Assembly: GCA_052035325.1 (NCBI GenBank)
Contig: JBPOHR010000011.1
Span: 8,131 to 72,130 of the forward strand
Length of the DNA stretch: 64,000 nucleotides
Reading direction: 5' to 3'
From: Patescibacteria group bacterium
GTDB taxonomy: Bacteria; Patescibacteriota; Microgenomatia; UBA1400; PJMF01
Position 1 is the first letter of the stretch. Every line of letters begins with the position of its first letter. Below are positions 28,896 through 37,481 of the stretch, in pieces. A model generated the notes under the pieces. It worked only from the letters and a program-made list of their open reading frames with translations. It ran no database searches and was not told where the DNA came from. The position numbers and the translations under genes are program-made.

Positions 28896-29729
28896 ATGCC
28901 CTCTGCCAAGCCTGTCGCTACCACTCAAGAATTTTCGATCAGATATCTGATGGATGTCAGGCGATACATGGCGTTGACGATTTTGCTGATAACTACCTCC
29001 CTTGCGGTATCTTTCTTTGGTACTTGGCCACAAGTGCAGGCTAGCATCGAGATGTGGCGCACGTATGAAGCGAGTGAGGCAAAGGTCAAGTCATTGGCAG
29101 CCAAAAATCGCCAGCTTCAAGATGTGCTTGACCCTACCCTACTTGATCAGATAAATACCGTGGACAGTTTGTTACCTTCACGCAAACCGCTGATTGAACT
29201 ATTGACCGCAGTCAACGTGCTCAGTAAGCAAACTCAAGTAGTAATTACCTCGGTCGAACTGCGGCCTGGGGCAATTGCGACTGACGGTGCTAAGGTGTCA
29301 AATCGTGGCCAACTGAAAAAGGGTGACAGCGACACACTCGAGATCAATATGATTGTGAGCGGGACATTATCTCAAGTGAATCAATTTTTCAATACTATTG
29401 AGCGGACTACCCCACTGACGACTATAACGTCACTTTCCTTGACACCCAAAGACAGAAACACTGCTCTAGTATCGACAGATACCATTGCCTCGTTACAAAA
29501 TCGTGCATACCAGGCAGAATTGACACTTGCTGCTTCATACTTCACTCGTCCGGTGAGTGCCAATCTAGATGCCTCATTGCCGCAACTTAGTAGTGATCAA
29601 ACCAAGTTGATTAGTGATTTGAAGACATTTACGGTCAACAAAATTGACCCCCAAACCCAGATTTTGGGTGGTGGCCTTGAGGATCTGTTTAAAACAGTCA
29701 AACCAGAGATTGTGACGATTGGTGAGTAG
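28896..29729 (+). CDS. pilO: PilO-like protein
   Basis: TM helix, coiled coil, LLP, VSGTLSQVNQFFNTIE; follows pilN. Confidence 0.8.
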   Translation: MPSAKPVATTQEFSIRYLMDVRRYMALTILLITTSLAVSFFGTWPQVQASIEMWRTYEASEAKVKSLAAKNRQLQDVLDPTLLDQINTVDSLLPSRKPLIELLTAVNVLSKQTQVVITSVELRPGAIATDGAKVSNRGQLKKGDSDTLEINMIVSGTLSQVNQFFNTIERTTPLTTITSLSLTPKDRNTALVSTDTIASLQNRAYQAELTLAASYFTRPVSANLDASLPQLSSDQTKLISDLKTFTVNKIDPQTQILGGGLEDLFKTVKPEIVTIGE

Positions 29730-29743
29730 TAGCGATATGCCTT

Positions 29744-30046
29744 TTAGGCTACTTCAGCAACTTCAACTTCAGCTGTTTCACTTGGAGTGACTTCAGCCAC
29801 TTGAGCGTCTTGTGTCTCGTCAGCCAGGCGAATATTCACCCGAATGCCCTCTTTGACGGCACGAACTTTGGCGATATTGCGAATGGATTGAATGATCGAG
29901 CCATGTTTGCCGATGACGCGACCCATATCTTCCGCATGTACGTACAGGGTGTAGAGACTTTCGCGGTCGGTGATCTCTTCCTCAACACGAACATCCTCGG
30001 GATGGTTGCAGAGGTGGATTAGGAGGAATTCTAGGAGATTTTTCAT
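29744..30046 (-). CDS. khpA: KH-domain RNA-binding protein
   Basis: DMGRVIGKHG..IQSIR; downstream of rpsP. Confidence 0.9.
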   Translation of the reverse strand: MKNLLEFLLIHLCNHPEDVRVEEEITDRESLYTLYVHAEDMGRVIGKHGSIIQSIRNIAKVRAVKEGIRVNIRLADETQDAQVAEVTPSETAEVEVAEVA

Positions 30047-30070
30047 ACCTGGGGACTCCTGAGGTAGGTG

Positions 30071-30502
30071 TTAAGGGGTAACAGGAGTTTCGGTAGCAGG
30101 TGCAGCCTCAACGGGTGCAGCTTCTGGTGTGGCGACGACCTCTGGGGCTGGTGCAGCTTTGGCAACTTCATCAGCTGCTTTTGCTTCCGAAGCGGCTTTT
30201 GCGTCAGCTTCTGCTTTGGCACGTACCTTTTTGGAAGGTTTAGCGGCTTTGGGAGGGAAAGGATTACCGGATTCGTAACGGCGTACTAGACTAGCAACCG
30301 TATCAGTGGGTTGAGCACCTTTGGCAAGCCAGGATTTATAGGCATCAAGATCGATGACTAGGATTTTCGGATTTTGGGTCGGGGCATACTGGCCGATAGC
30401 AACAACGTATTGCCCATCGCGTTTGTCTCGAGCTTCGTTGATCACGATCCGATAGTGTGGTTGGTGGCGTTTGCCGAAGCGAGCAAGTTTGATTTTCAAC
30501 AT
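30071..30502 (-). CDS. rpsP: 30S ribosomal protein S16 with an Ala/Pro-rich tail
   Basis: MLKIKLARFGKRHQPHYRIV, WLAKGAQPTDTV. Confidence 0.97.
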   Translation of the reverse strand: MLKIKLARFGKRHQPHYRIVINEARDKRDGQYVVAIGQYAPTQNPKILVIDLDAYKSWLAKGAQPTDTVASLVRRYESGNPFPPKAAKPSKKVRAKAEADAKAASEAKAADEVAKAAPAPEVVATPEAAPVEAAPATETPVTP

Positions 30503-30520
30503 ATCAAGAGTCGAATAGTA

Positions 30521-31183
30521 TCATGGAGCTGACATTTTCTCAAGAGCCTGAGCTGCAGCAGCTTGTTGCGCTGATTGTTTACTTTTGCCCTGGCCAGTTC
30601 CTCGAGGTTTGCCAGCAACTTCCACGGTAACGGTAAATTGCTTGTCGTGATCTGGGCCTTCTTCTGCAAGCACTCGATAATCAGGGGTAGGATGACCCGC
30701 TGCTTGGACCAGTTCTTGCAGCGCACTTTTGGCATCTTTATAGAGTTTTTGCTGTTTGATTTCTGCGAACTTAGGGAATAATGCTTCTTCAAGAAACGCT
30801 TTTACTCTCTCAAATCCTTGATCAAGATACAGAGCGCCAACCACTGCCTCAAAGGTGTCTGCTAGTAAACCAGGGTTGAGTCGACCGCCTGTGGCCTCTT
30901 CACCTTTGCTCATGTAGAGTCGCTCGCCAAGTTTCAAAGTGGTTGCTACTTCAGCTAGAGTTGTGGTTTTAACGAGTGCACTACGATATGCGGTGAGTGC
31001 TCCTTCAGGTTCAGTGGGGAAATGGTGGTAGAGGAATTCGGTGGTAGCAATTTCAAGTACAGCATCGCCTAAAAACTCGAGGCGCTCATTTGATTCTACG
31101 GCATTGGAAATATGCTCATTGAGTGCACTGCGGTGGGTGAGGGCGGTTTCGAGTAGGAGTGCGTCTTGAAAATCAGGTAGCAT
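30521..31183 (-). CDS. rnc: Ribonuclease III
   Basis: ALTHRS, NERLEFLGDAVL, DTFEAVVGALYLD, dsRBD. Confidence 0.97.
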   Translation of the reverse strand: MLPDFQDALLLETALTHRSALNEHISNAVESNERLEFLGDAVLEIATTEFLYHHFPTEPEGALTAYRSALVKTTTLAEVATTLKLGERLYMSKGEEATGGRLNPGLLADTFEAVVGALYLDQGFERVKAFLEEALFPKFAEIKQQKLYKDAKSALQELVQAAGHPTPDYRVLAEEGPDHDKQFTVTVEVAGKPRGTGQGKSKQSAQQAAAAQALEKMSAP

Positions 31184-31185
31184 GG

Positions 31186-31482
31186 TTAGGCAAACTCGAT
31201 CTCGCTCGATACGAGGTCAATTAATTCATCGATGGACACGTCGTGATCGATCAAATCATGCACTTTGAGTCTAATGCTAAAGCGCTCATTGATCTTGAAT
31301 ACCAATTTGGGAATATCTTGCTCAGGGTCGAGTTGAAGGTAGCCCATTAACGTCATTGAAGGCTTCATTTGCTCTGCTTCGTAGGTAGTGGCGCCAGCTA
31401 GTGTGTCAAGCACACCTTCTACGATTTCGGTATCACCTCTAAATGTAGTGAGATTGGTTGAAGGAGAAATACTAGTTATCAT
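31186..31482 (-). CDS. Acyl-carrier-protein-like protein lacking the phosphopantetheine serine
   Basis: Aligns by eye to the ACP helices; LQLDPEQD replaces LGxDSLD; lies between nusB and rnc. Confidence 0.65.
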   Translation of the reverse strand: MITSISPSTNLTTFRGDTEIVEGVLDTLAGATTYEAEQMKPSMTLMGYLQLDPEQDIPKLVFKINERFSIRLKVHDLIDHDVSIDELIDLVSSEIEFA

Positions 31483-31951
31483 GATTCGGTGCTTCTGTAG
31501 TTAATACAACTTTCCCTAAGACTGCGTTCACAAAAGCTGACGAGCTATCGGTGCCATACGCTTTCGCAAGCTCTACTGCCTCGTCGAGTAACACTTTCTT
31601 GGGAGTCTTTTTATATCTTGATTCAAACACAATTAACCGCAGGATTGCAAGGTCAACTTTGTTTATTTCAGTTAATGGTCGTTCAGGAGCAACCTCGTGG
31701 ATCTGAGCATCAATTGTTTCTAACTCTGGGATGACTGATTCAACAAAGGCTTGATTATCAGGTTCTACCGCAGTTATGCCGCCAAAACTATAGGCAAAAA
31801 GCGCCTGCATATGATCAATGCGCTTCTGGTGGCGAGGATCGGTTTGAGTCGCGACACTGTCGTCTTCCACTGTTTGCTCGTCATCCAGCTCAACGGGTTG
31901 AGCAGAGGCCACAGCAAGATCATCGGCAGGACTAATATAGGGATCAGACAT
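31472..31951 (-). CDS. nusB: Transcription antitermination factor NusB
   Basis: VDLAILRL, LDEAVELAKAYG, FVNAVLG. Confidence 0.93.
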   Translation of the reverse strand: MSDPYISPADDLAVASAQPVELDDEQTVEDDSVATQTDPRHQKRIDHMQALFAYSFGGITAVEPDNQAFVESVIPELETIDAQIHEVAPERPLTEINKVDLAILRLIVFESRYKKTPKKVLLDEAVELAKAYGTDSSSAFVNAVLGKVVLTTEAPNHDN

Positions 31952-32042
31952 CTTGTGCCACCTTACTACACCAGCACCATAAACACAAGGCCTAAGTACA
32001 TACTAAATGTGTATAAAACTAAGTTGAGGTAGTTGATGCTAG

Positions 32043-32387
32043 TTACTTACCACTTTTTGCCACCGTTTTGCGCACTTTTGGCGCTGCCACTTTGGCAGCA
32101 GTGTTCACTTTAGTGCTGGCTTGGTTGGCTTTGGTGCCAGCTTGTGACTTAGCTTTGGCAGATTTGGCTGCGGCTGTTACTTCAGTTGTTGCTTCAACCT
32201 TTGTCTCGGCAGAAGTTGCTTTGACCGCAGTTTTATCAAGACCAATGAAACGCATGAGTTCAGCCACAAAACCTTGTTTATGGTTGGGGACAGCTGCGTG
32301 AGCGTCTTTCTTCAGTTTGGGCGAGTTGCCACGGCGACGTTTGCCTTGTTCAACACGTGTGATTTTGTTCTTTGGTAGTGCACCCAT
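32043..32387 (-). CDS. rpmF: 50S ribosomal protein L32, Cys-free, with an Ala/Lys-rich extension
   Basis: MGALPKNKITR..QGKRR N-terminus; upstream of nusB/acp/rnc. Confidence 0.75.
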   Translation of the reverse strand: MGALPKNKITRVEQGKRRRGNSPKLKKDAHAAVPNHKQGFVAELMRFIGLDKTAVKATSAETKVEATTEVTAAAKSAKAKSQAGTKANQASTKVNTAAKVAAPKVRKTVAKSGK

Positions 32388-32482
32388 GGGATCCTTAGAG
32401 TTTGCTTATTTCCAGAACCTGAATTATACACCATCTGGGAAATGGTGCTGCGGATGATGGTTTAGAATAGCGGCAACAAACG

Positions 32483-33388
32483 ATGGATAACAAAGAAGAA
32501 TCACCAAAACACCTTAAAGTAGCGGTGGTCGGGGCACCATGCTCAGGGAAGACTTCGACTTTACAGTCGTTGCGAGCATTATTGTATAGATTTCCGAATG
32601 AAGCGGAGTATGAGTGTGCTGGGCTAAATCCAGAATATTGGCAAAAGGTTGATAAAGCATTTCTTAGAGAAGAAGATGGGTGTGGTTTGTTGGAAGAGGA
32701 TCCTGACTTTTTCCCATTTTGGGTAATTGATGAAGCATGGCGAGATTACCAGTTTATTGCTCCACTGCTCTTTCAGTTGCTTTCTGGTCAGATTAGCCTT
32801 GAAGAAGCTCAACTAAGATTACCGTCTATTAACTTGAATCATGACGATTACTATTCACCCCGCTACACTGTGCGTGACCTTGCAGCTGATGCGCAGTTGG
32901 TTGGACTGGCAAGTAGACCTCAACATATGATTGAAGCTCGAAGAACATTACAACAGGAACTATTTCGTGTGCAGGTACATAGGGAATACTCTCCAAGACC
33001 CAGCTGGATGCAAAACAGGCTCTCGGTGACAGCAGTAGACGGTGGATTACTTAATATTGTGGCATACAACCCTGATATGCAACTATCCGACTATCCAGCA
33101 GCTTTGAGAAAGGCAAAAGGAATTGTCGACAATCAACAATTACTTGGCTCGTATTACGCGATTATTTTACTTGAGACTTTGGTAAATCTTGCACCTCCTG
33201 CATATGAAAAATATTATTTTGGCAGAGATCGGCTAGACACACCAGATGAGGCAAAAAAGATGCATGTGAGACTAGAAGCGTTAACAGCTGATCATCCTCG
33301 AGTTCTGAGATTGCCCGCAAGGATGGAGTATCAAGATAAATGCTATGCCATGTTGGACTATATGAAAGGTTTGCTTGTGGGAAAGTGA
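32483..33388 (+). CDS. P-loop NTPase/kinase, NadR/TTD14 (AAA_28)-like
   Basis: VVGAPCSGKTS, IDEAW, DGGLLNIVAY, R.DTPDEA, HP. Confidence 0.7.
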   Translation: MDNKEESPKHLKVAVVGAPCSGKTSTLQSLRALLYRFPNEAEYECAGLNPEYWQKVDKAFLREEDGCGLLEEDPDFFPFWVIDEAWRDYQFIAPLLFQLLSGQISLEEAQLRLPSINLNHDDYYSPRYTVRDLAADAQLVGLASRPQHMIEARRTLQQELFRVQVHREYSPRPSWMQNRLSVTAVDGGLLNIVAYNPDMQLSDYPAALRKAKGIVDNQQLLGSYYAIILLETLVNLAPPAYEKYYFGRDRLDTPDEAKKMHVRLEALTADHPRVLRLPARMEYQDKCYAMLDYMKGLLVGK

Positions 33389-33397
33389 GCCTGTCGA

Positions 33398-33835
33398 TTA
33401 CTTTTCGGAATGTTGATCAGAGAAAAATTTTTCTAAAATTACCTGAACATTTTCGTCCGTATACATCTGCAGATTAATTTCATCTTTTCTGCCTTGCAAC
33501 ATCAGACTAGCATTCTGGTATGTTTCTCCCCAATGAATACTAAGCAATGGCTTATGTAGCGCAAGTGCCTTATCGATAAAAAAACCTGCGCCAAAACTAG
33601 GAGTGGTACATTCTGTAATTAATACATCAGCTTTCTCCAATTTTTGGACTGCTTCCGAGTAGACTGTTTCTGCATCAAGATTTGTTTGCCAGTGAGGGTC
33701 AGATGCATACGTGGGGTCGACAAGTTCTTTAGTAAGTACTTCATGTCCCATTTTTTCGATAAGTGATACGATGCTTTGAGTTACTGGTAGCGTATGTCGT
33801 TCTCTAGTAACGGATGTGCTAAAAAAGACTTTCAT
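33398..33835 (-). CDS. Nucleoside deoxyribosyltransferase/DNPH1-like protein without the catalytic Glu
   Basis: KVFFS, ADVLITECTTPSFGAGFFIDKAL..HKP, SLMLQG. Confidence 0.7.
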   Translation of the reverse strand: MKVFFSTSVTRERHTLPVTQSIVSLIEKMGHEVLTKELVDPTYASDPHWQTNLDAETVYSEAVQKLEKADVLITECTTPSFGAGFFIDKALALHKPLLSIHWGETYQNASLMLQGRKDEINLQMYTDENVQVILEKFFSDQHSEK

Positions 33836-33873
33836 AGGCAGAGTATATCGATTTTTTAACGAGAGTACTACAG

Positions 33874-35871
33874 TTAATTGGCGGCAATTTTCTCGTTGTT
33901 CGATTGTGCAAATTTCCAGATAGTTTCAAGTTTATTTTTTTGCTTCAATTTTTCAAATAGTGTACGTGTTTGGAAGATTAGATCTGCATTTGTCCAGGTA
34001 GCAAACTTCAAATCATCAAACCCATGTTGCTGCGTCCCAAACAGGTCCCCTGCCCCGCGGTGCTCGAGGTCAAGTTCAGCTAGCTGTTGGCCGTTGGAAA
34101 TATTGGCAAACTTCTCGAGACGGTTGTCATGTGTCTCCTGATCAGTGGTTGTGCGAAACAGCAAACAGTACCCTTGTTGACCAGCGCGCCCTACTCTACC
34201 CCGGAGTTGGTGAAGACTTGCCAGACCAAAGCGCTCGGCTCCTTCGATCACAATAATGCTCGCCGCGGGTAGATCAACGCCGACTTCGACGATTGGTGTC
34301 GTGACGAGTACATCAAGTTGCTGACTGTAGAGTTGCTCGGTAATAGATTGCTGCTCTTTTTTGGTTTGACGTCCGTGAAGTGCTCCTACTCGAGCTACTT
34401 TGCCCAGTGCGGCCTTAACTTCAGCCACTTTGTCGTTGACAGCGGCCACGTTGGCGAGCGCTTCGGTTTGGGCAGGGTCGATAAAGGGACAAACGATCAG
34501 TACCTGGAGTGGTTGGTGAGCAGTTTTTGCTGTAGTAAGTTGAGTGGCGATCCATGAATACGCATCAGCCCGCTTCGTTTCGGCAGTCACCCAGGTTTTG
34601 ACAGGAATCCTACCTGCCGGCAGTTCGTCAATCACACTTAGGCTCAAGTGACTGAAGATGGTAAGCATCAGACTCCTGGGGATGGGTGTGGCTGTCATGG
34701 TAAGGACGTGTGGCCGGTAGTCTTGCGTGCTTTCCCAACTGCGCTGTTTGACGCCAAACCGATGCTGCTCGTCGTAGATTACTAAAGCAGGTTTGATTGT
34801 TTCCAGTTTATTCAAGAGCGCATGCGTGCCCACGAAAAAAGTGGGTTGTGCGGGTAGTTTGAACACTTGTTTTTTGCCGGGTTGGGTGGTGACAAGTTGC
34901 ACTGGGATATCGGGGAAAAGTGTGGAGAGTGTCTCGAGATGCTGCTCGGCAAGGATTCTCGTAGGTGCGATGAGCGTGGTGTGGTGTCCGGCCTGAATTG
35001 TCTGCCAAGCAGCTGTGCCCGCGACAACCGTTTTCCCCGAGCCCACATCACCAACAAGCAGTCGATTCATGGGGGTTTTTTCCTCGAGATCGGTCAGAAT
35101 TTCGTCGATGGATCGTACTTGAGTTTTGGTTAGGGCAAAAGGAATCTGTGGAGGAGGGTTCGTTTTTGGAATGGGGTTGGCTGGTTTTCCTTTGCTCCAG
35201 GCGGCTTTTTGTTCTTGAGAATGTTTCATTAGGCTTAATAGCTCCTCAAGAGCCAACCGCTCGCGGGCTTGAGTAACCAGCTCTTCGCTATCAGGAAAAT
35301 GTAGCTGATGGAGTGCTGGAGTCAGTGCCAAACCCTCGAAGCCAGCTTGGATAGCTTCATCATTGATGTCGTCTAGCCCATCGAGCAATTGTTTGAGAAT
35401 TCGTCGGACACTACCGCCTTTGAGACCTGGTAACTGAGAGTAGATCGGGACCAGCCGGTCAGTGTGGATTGTCTCACCTCCTTCAGCTTCAACGACGGGT
35501 TGCATCATGGTGCCTCGATCGTTTACTTCGCCGCAAAATAGGAATCGCTGGCCGACTTTCAACTTATCGACAATGAACCGATTGTTGAACCACATCACTT
35601 TCAGCCGACCTGTGTCATCGGCAATCACTGCCGACTGGATGGATCGAGGACCTTTGTAGTAGTTACTGGCGCGGATCACACTGGCGGCAATAGTGATCGT
35701 TTGATTAAGTGGTGCAGTGGCAATCGTTGCGCGCTGTGAGCGATCTTCGTAGCGGAGCGGAACCCAGAGGAGCAAATCTTGCACCGTGCGGAGACCTTTT
35801 TTATCGAGTTGAAGCTGCGTAGCTGGACCGATGCCTTTGACGGTGGCAAGAGAGTCGGTGAGCGCGTACAT
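33874..35871 (-). CDS. recG: ATP-dependent DNA helicase RecG
   Basis: MNRLLVGDVGSGKT, DEQHRFGV, MTATPIPRSL, LHQLRGRVGR. Confidence 0.97.
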   Translation of the reverse strand: MYALTDSLATVKGIGPATQLQLDKKGLRTVQDLLLWVPLRYEDRSQRATIATAPLNQTITIAASVIRASNYYKGPRSIQSAVIADDTGRLKVMWFNNRFIVDKLKVGQRFLFCGEVNDRGTMMQPVVEAEGGETIHTDRLVPIYSQLPGLKGGSVRRILKQLLDGLDDINDEAIQAGFEGLALTPALHQLHFPDSEELVTQARERLALEELLSLMKHSQEQKAAWSKGKPANPIPKTNPPPQIPFALTKTQVRSIDEILTDLEEKTPMNRLLVGDVGSGKTVVAGTAAWQTIQAGHHTTLIAPTRILAEQHLETLSTLFPDIPVQLVTTQPGKKQVFKLPAQPTFFVGTHALLNKLETIKPALVIYDEQHRFGVKQRSWESTQDYRPHVLTMTATPIPRSLMLTIFSHLSLSVIDELPAGRIPVKTWVTAETKRADAYSWIATQLTTAKTAHQPLQVLIVCPFIDPAQTEALANVAAVNDKVAEVKAALGKVARVGALHGRQTKKEQQSITEQLYSQQLDVLVTTPIVEVGVDLPAASIIVIEGAERFGLASLHQLRGRVGRAGQQGYCLLFRTTTDQETHDNRLEKFANISNGQQLAELDLEHRGAGDLFGTQQHGFDDLKFATWTNADLIFQTRTLFEKLKQKNKLETIWKFAQSNNEKIAAN

Positions 35872-35910
35872 GGAGGTAGTGTACTATGGAATGTGTAATG
35901 AAAGGATACT

Positions 35911-36237
35911 TTGATCATTTTTGAATTTGAGATGATGTTGGAAGAACATAGTGTCCCGAGCGTTATGACTACTGATGTGGAGTTACTGGGTGATAATTTT
36001 CCGATAGATGACGTATATACAGCTTTGCAATTGTTAGAAGAGTTAGTACCATCTGGCTTTTGTGACCGTACAGCTTTGTGTTTATTACTCGAAGGAATTA
36101 AGAGACAAGTTAATGATATTAGCTGCATCACTGTTAGAGAGGAGACATACCACAGACACGCAGATCTCGACGCAACTCCCTTCGTAATCGGGATGCTGAC
36201 TGTATTGGTAGCGAAAGATCAAGACGTCACCGTCTAA
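35911..36237 (+). CDS. Hypothetical protein
   Basis: ORF fills the recG-tyrS gap; start uncertain. Confidence 0.5.
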   Translation: MIIFEFEMMLEEHSVPSVMTTDVELLGDNFPIDDVYTALQLLEELVPSGFCDRTALCLLLEGIKRQVNDISCITVREETYHRHADLDATPFVIGMLTVLVAKDQDVTV

Positions 36238-36242
36238 GTTTT

Positions 36243-37427
36243 TTACTGACCTATTTGAAAGTATTGACGTTTGCCAGCACGTACAACAACAGCACTTGTT
36301 AAGTCGACGATGTGCTGAGGATCAGTTTGTTTGCCCTGGCTAATAATCTCGACTCCACCCTGCTCAATCAATCTTCTGACATTACTACGACTTTGATCTG
36401 GTAGACAACGTGTGACTACGTCAAGAAGACTGAGTTTTTTTTCCGTAATTGTGATCACTTTGACGTTCTCAGGCGTTTCTTTTTCTTGCACCACCTGTTC
36501 AAAATGTTTTTCTGCAGCAGCCGCAGCATCGGCATTGTGGTACATCTCAGTAATGGTCCGGGCAAGCAACTTTTTAAACTGCATGGGGTTTTCACCTCTT
36601 GCCATGCCAGTGCTCATCTCGGCAATTTCTTCATCGCTCACATCAGTGAGGACCGTAAAGTACTCAATAATCATGTCATCAGTAATCCGCATCAACTTGC
36701 CGTACATGTCATTTGGTTCTTCCGTGAGGGCAACAAAGTTGCCGTAACTCTTGCTCATTTTACGGCCATCGGTCCCATTGATAATGGGAGTACTCAGCAC
36801 CCACTTTTCGTGTTGGTTGTAGACCTGTTGGAGTTGGCGCCCCATCATCATGTTGAAGGTTTGGTCAGTGCCACCAATTTCCAGATCAACATTCATGGCT
36901 ACACTGTCGTATCCCTGCAAGAGCGGATACATAATTTCATGCCCATAGATAGGCAGACCTTTGGCTAGGCGATCTTGAAACATATCGCGCTCGATAAGTT
37001 GCTGCACTGTAGTTTGGGCCATTAATTTGACGATGTCGGTATAGGTGAGTTTATCGAGCCAATCACCGTTGTAGACGATTTTTATCTTGTCGAAATCGAG
37101 GATCTTGCTGGCTTGCTGCTTCCAGTTTTGGAAGTTGGCGGTGATCACTTCGTCGGTGAGAACGGGTCGAGTGCTGTCGCGTCCTGTAGGATCGCCGATT
37201 CGCACGGTACCATTCCCAATTAACATAATCACTTCATGCCCAAGATCAGCAAACTGCTTCAATTTGCGCAAACCCACTGAATGGCCGAGGGTAAGGAGAC
37301 TGCCCGTGGGGTCAATTCCCATGAACACTCGGATTTTTTTCTCTCCCATCAACTTGGCTAATGTGGTTCGGTTGGGTAACACCTCGGCAACACCTCGAGA
37401 AAGAACTTGGTTGGTAGTCATAGACAT
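36243..37427 (-). CDS. tyrS: Tyrosine--tRNA ligase
   Basis: GIDPT..LTLGH, YPLLQGYD, GGTDQTFN, KMSKS, S4-like C-terminus. Confidence 0.97.
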   Translation of the reverse strand: MSMTTNQVLSRGVAEVLPNRTTLAKLMGEKKIRVFMGIDPTGSLLTLGHSVGLRKLKQFADLGHEVIMLIGNGTVRIGDPTGRDSTRPVLTDEVITANFQNWKQQASKILDFDKIKIVYNGDWLDKLTYTDIVKLMAQTTVQQLIERDMFQDRLAKGLPIYGHEIMYPLLQGYDSVAMNVDLEIGGTDQTFNMMMGRQLQQVYNQHEKWVLSTPIINGTDGRKMSKSYGNFVALTEEPNDMYGKLMRITDDMIIEYFTVLTDVSDEEIAEMSTGMARGENPMQFKKLLARTITEMYHNADAAAAAEKHFEQVVQEKETPENVKVITITEKKLSLLDVVTRCLPDQSRSNVRRLIEQGGVEIISQGKQTDPQHIVDLTSAVVVRAGKRQYFQIGQ

Positions 37428-37481
37428 AGTGCCAATTGTAATCTAGATCAGACGTATTGAAAACTGATACAATGGGAGTTC

